64,000 bases of DNA from Spirochaetales bacterium. Lineage in GTDB: Bacteria; Spirochaetota; Spirochaetia; Sphaerochaetales; Sphaerochaetaceae. The stretch is taken from NCBI GenBank assembly GCA_022788185.1, contig JALEVV010000018.1, positions 3,625 to 67,624 of the forward strand. The letters are read 5' to 3'. Made by a program: the position numbers and the translations under genes. The notes beneath the pieces were generated by a model. That model was not told the origin of the DNA and made no database searches. It saw only the letters and a list, made by a program, of their open reading frames with translations. Below, piece by piece: positions 8,479 to 16,580 of this stretch (positions within the stretch are counted from its first letter, which is position 1; every line of letters begins with the position of its first letter).

Positions 8479-10284
8479 TCATTTCTTCAGTGACTGGTAT
8501 TCCGGAGTGTGAAGAACTTCTCTGAGATTCATGAATATATTTCGGTAAAAACACTCTTCCAGTTCCTCCTCTGATTCCACGTCAACGATGGCATCAATCT
8601 TTCCGTCAGGGATGAAAGATGTTTTACTGATTATGTAGTTCATGTCATCGTCTTCCCATTCAAACAGTACGGCATAAAGAGTTTCTCCCTTATTATCAGT
8701 ATTGGTTCTGACCATTGTGGCCTGAAGCCCAATGCCGGAAAACTCTCCGTTGTTACATGCAAAGCCCTGAACCCCGGTGATACCAAAAGTCTCTTCTTCC
8801 CGGGAATCAATTGGATCAGAACCCAAAAGCATTGAGGTCATATTATCAGATAAAGATCCCGTGTTTTCTATTTCCTGGGGCAGTACAAGCTGCATAAGCA
8901 TGATATGTGCCGTCAATAGTTCATTGTATCTCTCAGATATCCTGGCTGTCTCCAGAGAGGAATACTCTTCAATGATCCTTTCTTGCTGGTGCTGAAGGAT
9001 ACTGCTTCGGGTTATTAGTAATCTTTCCTTCCCATCAGGCATGGCTATAGCTATTGCATAGAAGAAGTTTCCTTCAGCTTCTGTGATCTTGACCTCGGAG
9101 ACAATGTCGCTCCCGTTTTTTCCTGCGTAGCCATCCATGGATCTTCCCTGATCGATTTTATCATTCAGTTTCTGCAGTGCCCGGCCCTGTTCAACAAGGT
9201 CACTGTCCTTTGCTGTTACCGCCCTGATTTCTTTTGGAAGATAGTATGCGGTTTTCCTGATTTCAACTTTCTCTATCTGCATATTGCCGTCATGATCAAG
9301 AGTTTCGGTTTCCCTGAATGAGAATTTGGGATCAACATGGAATCCTACATGCTCGGCAATTGAAGCGTTAAGATTCAGTTGTCCGAGATCCGCGATGGAG
9401 TAGGAGGGCAGACCTCCGAATTCACCGCTTAACTCAAAGCCCGATGTAGGCTCCATGTTAAGCCACATGATACATCCTTCATGATTGGTTTTCGCATAGT
9501 CTGTCATCATGCGGAAGATGCCGTTGCGTCTGCAGTCCTCCCTTACATAGGCAGACTCGATATAAAGGATATGCCTGTCCTCGCCGCTAGCCCTCAAAGC
9601 ATCCATCCTTTCAAACATTTTTTCGCAGAACAGGTCTTTAGCTGGACCATCAGCTGAGAAAGACCAAAGTGCCCAGTACGGATTCAGTGTTCTCCACACA
9701 TCAAAGACATCAATCACACTTGACGGAATCATGGTTTGCAGCACATCAAGTGAGGGCCTATGGACATGATTCATGAGTCCGGTAACGGAAAATACCATAC
9801 ATCCAATGCATTCCGTGCCTATGAAGACATAAAGATGAACCTTGGGCAGGACCGCTTGCAGCTCATTCTGCTTATGCTGGTGCTGGAATTCGGTAATGCC
9901 GTACAGCATATAAGGTCCGCACTCCCAGATATCGGCAGGGAGTTCTTCCTCGGTCCTGAAACCTGTTAAACGCTTCAGAATTTCCTGATGGCCTTTAAGC
10001 ATGTGTTTTTTTGATTTTGCAAGATGCATTTTATTACCATGATACTTGAGCATGTTCATGTCCTCTCTGCCGAAAATAAGTGTTTCAAGAGGAATGTTGA
10101 GGTATCCGGCTATGAGGTCCAGCTTCTGAAGATCTCCGATTCCGCTTCCTGGCTTAGCCTTTTCCAGGTTGCTTATATCAGCCTGGTACATGTTAAGGTT
10201 TTCAGCCATCTGCTCCTGTGAAATCTTAAGAAAATATTTGCGCTGTTCCTTTATCCTTCTTCCGATAATGTCGAGATCAATCAT
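8479..10284 (-). CDS. XRE-family HTH protein (601 aa) with a central GNAT-like fold and a duplicated C-terminal module
   Basis: N-terminus IGRRIKEQRKYFLKISQEQMAENLNMYQADISNLEKAK... is a typical HTH_3/XRE motif. ILYIESAYVREDCRRNGIFRMM resembles GNAT motif A. Two similar C-terminal segments: NFFYAIAIAMPDGKERLLITRSS and ETLYAVLFEWEDDDMNYIISKTS. GGAGG RBS at 10291..10295. Confidence 0.85.
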   Translation of the reverse strand: MIDLDIIGRRIKEQRKYFLKISQEQMAENLNMYQADISNLEKAKPGSGIGDLQKLDLIAGYLNIPLETLIFGREDMNMLKYHGNKMHLAKSKKHMLKGHQEILKRLTGFRTEEELPADIWECGPYMLYGITEFQHQHKQNELQAVLPKVHLYVFIGTECIGCMVFSVTGLMNHVHRPSLDVLQTMIPSSVIDVFDVWRTLNPYWALWSFSADGPAKDLFCEKMFERMDALRASGEDRHILYIESAYVREDCRRNGIFRMMTDYAKTNHEGCIMWLNMEPTSGFELSGEFGGLPSYSIADLGQLNLNASIAEHVGFHVDPKFSFRETETLDHDGNMQIEKVEIRKTAYYLPKEIRAVTAKDSDLVEQGRALQKLNDKIDQGRSMDGYAGKNGSDIVSEVKITEAEGNFFYAIAIAMPDGKERLLITRSSILQHQQERIIEEYSSLETARISERYNELLTAHIMLMQLVLPQEIENTGSLSDNMTSMLLGSDPIDSREEETFGITGVQGFACNNGEFSGIGLQATMVRTNTDNKGETLYAVLFEWEDDDMNYIISKTSFIPDGKIDAIVDVESEEELEECFYRNIFMNLREVLHTPEYQSLKK

Positions 10285-10299
10285 TCCATGCCTCCATCG

Positions 10300-10324
10300 T
10301 AATAAATCCCATCAGGATTTATTA
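10300..10324. promoter_or_regulatory. Perfect 10-bp inverted repeat TAATAAATCC-N5-GGATTTATTA, a candidate operator of the XRE protein
   Basis: Read directly from the sequence. It lies 5 nt upstream of the RBS of the 601-aa HTH gene. Its right arm overlaps a minus-strand TATAAT (10321..10326). Confidence 0.5.
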
Positions 10325-10351
10325 TAGCTCATTTCCCATATATTCCATATC

Positions 10352-13132
10352 TTGGCTGGCTGTAAGTCTTGCTTATACCCCACATTCATTATGTGTTATA
10401 GTGGGCTTATGGATTGGCGGAAATACTGCATAATAGATACTTCGGATTACAGGGATATAACGGAAGATGTCGTCAGTATATTCAGGGACAAAGCCATATC
10501 CAGATATCGAATAACGTTCGCAAAAGGGCCTAAAGAGTTTTCATATGGTTTTGGAAGAATAATCTTCTCTTCAGAGCCGACACCGCTGGAATTAAGTAAT
10601 AAGCTTGTTTTCATAAAAGGTAAATTTCAGCCGCAGATCAAAGAACTGATCCGTTTCAATGAGTGGTGCAAGGTCCTATTTAACGATGATAGGAAGAGAA
10701 CTGTCCGTTTCTCAGAAATACAGTTCATCTCAGACAGGCGCGGAGAAAAGAAAATATCTGATATCATGGATTATCTGGTTGAAGTGGCAGCTGCAGATGA
10801 GAGCGTATTCAATCAGGTTGAGGATTCTCCCGGATTCCTTGTTTCCCAGCTCAGGGGCCTGATGATACGGGAGGATTCTGTCTTATCGCTGATTTTGGAT
10901 AAAGAGGAGCTGTCTGTAAGGAGAAAAGATACTCCGGTCATTGCTCCTTTTTCATCAAACTCAGCTCAGCTTAAAGCAATAAGGAATGCATTGTCTTCAA
11001 GGATATCAGTAATTCAGGGACCTCCGGGAACAGGAAAAACACAGACAATCCTGAATATCATCTCCAACCTTCTTGCTGAAGGGAAAACCATTGCGGTTGT
11101 TTCCGGCAATAATGAAGCAACCAGGAATGTATATGAGAAGCTGGAGAAAGAAAATCTCGGGTCTCTGTGTGCTTCTTTAGGTAATAAGGCAAATATTGAG
11201 AAGTTTTTCTCTGATCAGCCGACAAAGGATTATTTCAGGAATTGCAAAGTTTCAAAGGATAAAAATGTATTGACAACATCTGTCAGTCATCTGAGTTCTA
11301 ATGTAATTGGTATTTACGATTCTGTCAGACGCAAGGCAGAGCTCAGGGCAATGATCCATGACCTTCGTATCGAGAAAGCGGAAAATGAGTCCAGGTATTC
11401 GGATCAACATTGTACGATTCCAGTGCAATTGCTCAGGGAAATATCTTCTGTAGATTATCTAAGGAATGCAGCCTATATTGAGACGCTGTATTCGTCTGTG
11501 AAAGGCCGACTCCGCAGAAAGCTGAAGATGTATTTCCATTTCGGTTTCTGGCCTCGGAAAGAATTCTCCCCCACAGTTGCCATTGACTACCTCCAGAGTC
11601 AGTACTACTCATCACGGATATCGGAGCTCCATTCCGAGATACTGAATCTTGAACTGAAATATCCTGAGTCAAAGAACAGCAATATCCTGAAAGAGTTCTC
11701 TGAAAAGTCAAGGGAGTATCTTCTCTCAGTACTTATTTCGAGGTATTCCGAGATTGAGGATAAAGAGTTCTATTTGGAAACCTATCGCTTTGATAATGCT
11801 TTCCTGCGATATTACCCCATTGTGCTCAGCACCACTCATTCGCTTCAGTACTGTGCCCCGAGAGGTATTCTATTTGATTACGTGATAATCGACGAGTCAA
11901 GCCAGGTTAACCTTACAAGCGCATTCCTGGCACTGGCATATGCGAGAAATGCGGTGATTGTCGGAGACTCAAAACAGCTATCGCATATTGTTCCCGGCAA
12001 GCTAAAGGAACCACTTGACAGTATCAGAAATAAGTATGACATACCCAAGTACATCGATTACAGAAAATACAGTATTCTTGATTGTGTCCTTCAGGCTTTT
12101 AAGGATTCAGTACCTTCCGTTCTTCTTAATGAACACTATCGCTGTGATCCTGAAATCATAGGTTTCTGTAATAAAAGATTTTATGACGGTAAGTTGGTAA
12201 TACAGACAAAGCATGATGTGAACGGTGGAATCAGGATCATTGAGACTCCTTCTCATACTGCATTCGGAAGGACAAATCCAAGACAGGCTGAGATCATTAC
12301 TTCAGAAATACTGACATCAGATCTTGGTGATGTCGGTATTGTTGCCCCATACAGGGACCAGGTATCACTGATCAGGAATATCCTTCAGCGTAATGATATC
12401 CTTGTTGATACCGTTCATAAGTTCCAGGGTAAGGAACGGTCCGTAATGATCCTTTCAACCACTGCTGACAGGACGGTTCTGTATGAAGATCCCGAGCACA
12501 TTGATTTTCTCAATAATCCGAACCTGATAAATGTTGCTGTTTCCAGAGCAAAGAAAGAGCTGATTGTCATTTCGTCTTCTGAAGCATTGAGTCAGGAAGG
12601 AACACTGCTGTGTGATCTTGCCAGATATGTAAGCTACTATTCGGGAAATGCATCAAGGTCCAGAACCAATACGATTTCAGTCTTTGATCTGATGTATGAT
12701 GAATATTCCCCGATTCTTGAACGTATGAGAAGAAGTATGCTGAAGATTTCTCAGTTTGCAAGTGAAAACATAGTTGCAACACTGATTGATGAAATCTGCA
12801 GATCCGGCGAGTATGGAGTGCTGGCATTCAAATTCAACTATCCTCTGAGGAAGATTATCGATCCTGATAGTGTGTCCGGAAGGGAGGATAGGAACTTCAT
12901 TCTTTCCCTTGGTACCCATTGTGATTTTGTTATCTTCAGTCTTCTGGATAAGAAAACTCAGCTCCTGGTGGAAGTTGATGGGAAACAGCATGAATCGAAG
13001 ATACAGAAGAAGAGGGATGCCATTAAGGACCGTCTCGCCAAAGGTGCCGGAATTACTCTGGTCAGAATAAAGACGACTGACGTCAATGTGAGGGAGACCT
13101 TATGCAATGCACTCAGGAACAGCATGAAATGA
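10352..13132 (+). CDS. SF1 (Upf1/DNA2-like, AAA_11/AAA_12) helicase with C-terminal Vsr/DUF559/DUF2726-like nuclease-fold domain
   Basis: Helicase motifs: VIQGPPGTGKTQ, YVIIDESSQV, VIVGDSKQLSHI, LNEHYRCDPEI, VHKFQGKERSVMI, INVAVSRAKKELIVI. C-terminus CDFVIFSLLDKKTQLLVEVDGKQHESKIQKKRDAIKDRLAKGAGITLVRIK matches the DUF559/Vsr-type pattern. The start is uncertain: the track gives TTG 10352, and ATG 10409 (MDWRKY...) is more likely. Confidence 0.88.
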   Translation: MAGCKSCLYPTFIMCYSGLMDWRKYCIIDTSDYRDITEDVVSIFRDKAISRYRITFAKGPKEFSYGFGRIIFSSEPTPLELSNKLVFIKGKFQPQIKELIRFNEWCKVLFNDDRKRTVRFSEIQFISDRRGEKKISDIMDYLVEVAAADESVFNQVEDSPGFLVSQLRGLMIREDSVLSLILDKEELSVRRKDTPVIAPFSSNSAQLKAIRNALSSRISVIQGPPGTGKTQTILNIISNLLAEGKTIAVVSGNNEATRNVYEKLEKENLGSLCASLGNKANIEKFFSDQPTKDYFRNCKVSKDKNVLTTSVSHLSSNVIGIYDSVRRKAELRAMIHDLRIEKAENESRYSDQHCTIPVQLLREISSVDYLRNAAYIETLYSSVKGRLRRKLKMYFHFGFWPRKEFSPTVAIDYLQSQYYSSRISELHSEILNLELKYPESKNSNILKEFSEKSREYLLSVLISRYSEIEDKEFYLETYRFDNAFLRYYPIVLSTTHSLQYCAPRGILFDYVIIDESSQVNLTSAFLALAYARNAVIVGDSKQLSHIVPGKLKEPLDSIRNKYDIPKYIDYRKYSILDCVLQAFKDSVPSVLLNEHYRCDPEIIGFCNKRFYDGKLVIQTKHDVNGGIRIIETPSHTAFGRTNPRQAEIITSEILTSDLGDVGIVAPYRDQVSLIRNILQRNDILVDTVHKFQGKERSVMILSTTADRTVLYEDPEHIDFLNNPNLINVAVSRAKKELIVISSSEALSQEGTLLCDLARYVSYYSGNASRSRTNTISVFDLMYDEYSPILERMRRSMLKISQFASENIVATLIDEICRSGEYGVLAFKFNYPLRKIIDPDSVSGREDRNFILSLGTHCDFVIFSLLDKKTQLLVEVDGKQHESKIQKKRDAIKDRLAKGAGITLVRIKTTDVNVRETLCNALRNSMK

Positions 13133-13145
13133 TTAATGTTACTGG

Positions 13146-15956
13146 TTATTTCCTGGATTTGGCTTTTGAGTAAATATCCTCTAATCTTGTACCGCAGTTA
13201 TGATCCCAGTCAGCTGAACACTGGAGTTTTCCGAATCTGTTTACTCTGAGTTTTGCTCCGCATTCATTACATGCAATTCCATTGTTCAGAAGATACTCCT
13301 CCACCAGCTGATATGGGACATAAGGAGAAAGGCATTTGCCGCATTTGGAACATGCTATGATGTACTTCCCACCGGAAGTTTTCTTAACGGTTGAACCTGC
13401 GCGGCATTCGCTGCAACTGAACTGTCTGGAGATGTAATCAGAGAAGTCTGAGGTTGTCGCGGATTTATTGTATCTGTATGTATTCCACTCCCTGCGGGCT
13501 TTATCATGGCCGCATAAGGATTCAAATACATACGTCGTATTCCTGCCTCTCAGAACAAAAGGTATCATTCTGCCATTATATCTATTAGTCACTTCCGGAA
13601 GTCCGAACCAGACAAATGTATTTTCACCAACCAGATAATCATTGGTTGGGTTGAATGAAGGAAAAACAATTCTGAAGAGCTTATCTGCATTAGGTGTGGC
13701 ACCGCTGCATAATGTTATGCTGCTCCACCGTTTTATGTTTTTTGCCTTTTTAAGAATTTCCGTGAACTCTGCGAATGTGAAGGTAGCATGGGCTAACAAT
13801 CTGTTGTTTTTGGAATGCCAGTATGTAAGTTTTTTATCATCAGTGCCGCACATAACATCGGAACCCAGCACTTCAGCGGCTTCCTTTACTGCTTTGAAAC
13901 AACTTGCTGTGTTCACGATATTATTTTTTGTGATGAAGTCAATCAGATAATCCTTTTCAAAGTGATTGCATGACTTTGCAAGATTTAGTAGCTTCAGCAT
14001 CTCAGGTGAGATTGAATCGCGATGGAGCATGAGATAGCTGTAATCAGAAATAACGATGAATTTGCCCCTGGTCCTGGTAATGGCAACGTTTACAAGGCGT
14101 GTAGCATCATCTATTGTTTCTCCGTCAGTGAAGATTATGCCTGTTTCCCGTTTGGGGGCCGATTCAACCGTGTCGAAAATGATGACGTCTTTTTCAAAGC
14201 CCTGGAACTGATGAACTGTAGAACAGAGTATATCAGGCTTGTCTCCTCTGATTCTTTCTGATGCATCCTTAAGCATCGCAGACAGCAGTTTTGCCTGCGC
14301 CTGATATGGCGTGATTATCCCTACCGACAAACCTTTTGTCTGAATGACGCACAGGGCAAGTTTCATTGCAATTACTGCTGAAAGCGGGTTGAATCTGGAT
14401 CCGGTTGATGTAGTATGGCAAAGTGTCTGAAGTTCAGAGTAATCGACAAGGGTAAGTTCTTTACCTGGAAATGGCTGAGCATTTGTGGCTTTCGATACCT
14501 TGGCCCTCATCCCAGGAGCAGAGACCAGCATCCCGTTATAAAGGCTTTCACTGATGTAAGAGGCAATATTTGGATGCATCCTGCGTTGCTCATTGAGCAT
14601 CGTCATCCATGGATGGTTCCTGACATTCCCAAAAGGATCATTTGCATGGAGGTATGTAAAAACATCATTTCTCAGGATTGATTTCGGACTGAACTGAGCA
14701 ATTGGGGCAAGCTGTCTGAAATCACCGAGAAGAACAAGTTTTTTAGCCATGGTTGCTGCTACCATCACCTGAGGTACATAAGCCATTGATACCTCGTCAA
14801 AGAAGATGATGTCCCAACTGATACTTCTGATTTTATCCATCAGAGTGGCTTTTGTTGCCGTTGTTGCGATGATATTTGCTTTGGATATAAATTCTTCTTC
14901 TCTTTTTACGAGAATTGAATGGCATATGGCACGTATAAACTGGGCAGTTTTTTTATACCATTTGTTCTCTTCACCGCAATTCTCGGTTATTGTTTTCATT
15001 TCTCTTAGCTGGTTCTTCTTTTCGGTTGGAACAGCTTTTATGGAGCATAAAATATTTATCGATGATACAATTAATTCCTTTATCTCTCCATCCGTTATAT
15101 TAACATTAAGTTCTGTTTTGAAAATGTTATCGGTCTTTTGAAGAACAGCCTTTATCTCCGGACATTGATTAGCTGCATAAAGGCGGGCACAGAAGTTTTC
15201 ATTTGAATAGAGGTTGGGTTCCCGTGCCATTCCATAACGAAAAACTTTCCCGATTATCCGCTCAAGATATCCTTTCTCTTTTGCGATATCGATTATTTTC
15301 AAAACCGCACCATCTACGGAAATATTGCTCTGAGAGATTATTAGAACCTTTTTCCCAGCGAGCATCTGTTCCAATGCCAGATTTGCAAGAGTGTATGTTT
15401 TTCCCGTCCCGGGAGGTCCCCATATCATGGTGATACTGCCATTCCTTACTTTCTCAGCTGCATCGGCAAATCCTCTGTCTGGCTGTCCATCCCGCTCCAG
15501 ATGTATCTGTGCAGCACCGACAAGCAACCGAAGCAGTTTATTGTTTAAGTCAAGACTCTCCACCTGCCTCGCAAGATTCTCTGTTAATTTGGATGTGTCG
15601 ACAATCATTGAAAGTGAATCGATAGGTTTGCTGTAGTTCTGAACGCAGACTTCTATGTATTCATGGGAACAGTAGCTGATGAACCCTTTGTAAGTAACGG
15701 AGTCTATCGTGAAAACGGCACAGGTTTCAGGTGCAAAGTTCAGGAATTGATGATTTGGGAAATGATAATATCCATCAAGTTGCTCAGAATAAATGAAGTA
15801 CCCATCAGAAAGGGCATAGCTTTTCCGTTTTGAACTGGAGCGTATGAACGTTACTTCAGAAAACAGCTCATCACGAAATTTTAGGAGTTCTTTTTTTACT
15901 GTTTGGGGTGATACCTGTATTGTTTCTTCCTGGTTGCCTTTTCCCTGAGTTATCAT
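13146..15956 (-). CDS. SF1 (Upf1/DNA2-like) helicase with an unknown N-terminal domain and two C-terminal zinc ribbons
   Basis: ORF track 13146..16058. Likely start is ATG 15956 (MITQGKG...), preceded by GAGGG. Helicase motifs: MIWGPPGTGKTY, IIFFDEVSMA, LLGDFRQLAPI, NEQRRMHPNIA, VHQFQGFEKDVIIFD, VNVAITRTRGKFIVI. C-terminus has CSECRAGS...CSKCGKC and CNECGAK...C...C, resembling topoisomerase-type C4 fingers. Confidence 0.88.
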   Translation of the reverse strand: MITQGKGNQEETIQVSPQTVKKELLKFRDELFSEVTFIRSSSKRKSYALSDGYFIYSEQLDGYYHFPNHQFLNFAPETCAVFTIDSVTYKGFISYCSHEYIEVCVQNYSKPIDSLSMIVDTSKLTENLARQVESLDLNNKLLRLLVGAAQIHLERDGQPDRGFADAAEKVRNGSITMIWGPPGTGKTYTLANLALEQMLAGKKVLIISQSNISVDGAVLKIIDIAKEKGYLERIIGKVFRYGMAREPNLYSNENFCARLYAANQCPEIKAVLQKTDNIFKTELNVNITDGEIKELIVSSINILCSIKAVPTEKKNQLREMKTITENCGEENKWYKKTAQFIRAICHSILVKREEEFISKANIIATTATKATLMDKIRSISWDIIFFDEVSMAYVPQVMVAATMAKKLVLLGDFRQLAPIAQFSPKSILRNDVFTYLHANDPFGNVRNHPWMTMLNEQRRMHPNIASYISESLYNGMLVSAPGMRAKVSKATNAQPFPGKELTLVDYSELQTLCHTTSTGSRFNPLSAVIAMKLALCVIQTKGLSVGIITPYQAQAKLLSAMLKDASERIRGDKPDILCSTVHQFQGFEKDVIIFDTVESAPKRETGIIFTDGETIDDATRLVNVAITRTRGKFIVISDYSYLMLHRDSISPEMLKLLNLAKSCNHFEKDYLIDFITKNNIVNTASCFKAVKEAAEVLGSDVMCGTDDKKLTYWHSKNNRLLAHATFTFAEFTEILKKAKNIKRWSSITLCSGATPNADKLFRIVFPSFNPTNDYLVGENTFVWFGLPEVTNRYNGRMIPFVLRGRNTTYVFESLCGHDKARREWNTYRYNKSATTSDFSDYISRQFSCSECRAGSTVKKTSGGKYIIACSKCGKCLSPYVPYQLVEEYLLNNGIACNECGAKLRVNRFGKLQCSADWDHNCGTRLEDIYSKAKSRK

Positions 15957-16084
15957 TGGTTTCCCTCGGGAAAAGTTTACCTGAAAAGAAGGTATTTTTA
16001 AATAATCAATTTCATTTTTGTCGTGAGCATGATTAGTTAAAAAACAACAGGCGACCACCCCTGGCAGTCGCCTTTAGCTTTTAC

Positions 16085-16456
16085 CTATACCAGTGTGTAG
16101 CCATCCAGGACGGTATGCCTGCTGATTCTTTCCTGTTTGACCTCATCTGATATGGTTTTGCAGAAATAGGTGTGAGGAACACCGTTGATGGTTGTTCCTT
16201 CGGTGAACTCAGAGATCGCAAAGCTTTTACCGTCAATCAATGCTTCCTGATGGGATCCTGTTAATACCAGATCATATCCCGTTTCAGGATCATGGTAGCT
16301 GGCGCCTTTGAGGGTAAGGAGCTTTTCATCATCGTTGTAATTCTCCGGAGCATTATGAAATAACCACTGAATTCCCCGATGAATGGCTCTGATGATAGTG
16401 ACATCTTCCTCTGTGACCTCACGCTTTTTTTCTTTGTCAGTCAGTTCCACAGACAA
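16085..16456 (-). CDS. Hypothetical small acidic protein (about 121-123 aa), first gene of the unit with the zinc-ribbon helicase
   Basis: ORF track (TTG start at 16456). GTG at 16450 has a better AGGAG spacing. The gene ends 26-28 nt before the helicase ORF. I recognise no family. Confidence 0.65.
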   Translation of the reverse strand: MSVELTDKEKKREVTEEDVTIIRAIHRGIQWLFHNAPENYNDDEKLLTLKGASYHDPETGYDLVLTGSHQEALIDGKSFAISEFTEGTTINGVPHTYFCKTISDEVKQERISRHTVLDGYTLV

Positions 16457-16532
16457 TCTCCTGTTTTTGTATTACGCCGCGCAGGCGGCAGGACCCCTTC
16501 AGAAGGTGCTCCTTCATCGGGGTGTTCCTTTT

Positions 16533-16561
16533 ATTATCACGGCATGAACGGAAGCTGTCAA
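16533..16561 (-). promoter_or_regulatory. Near-consensus sigma-70 type promoter TTGACA-17 nt-GATAAT
   Basis: The minus strand reads TTGACA (16561..16556), a 17-nt spacer, then GATAAT (16538..16533). It lies about 80 nt upstream of the 123-aa ORF and directly after the araD stop. Confidence 0.55.
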
Positions 16562-16580
16562 ACTTTTTCCTGAAAAGTCT

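Noticed and set aside
13146-13950. Possible PLD (HxK) nuclease motif in the post-helicase region of the zinc-ribbon helicase (YWHSKNNRLL)
   Set aside because: The spacing does not fit HxK(x)4D and no second half-motif (GSxN) follows, so I make no nuclease call.
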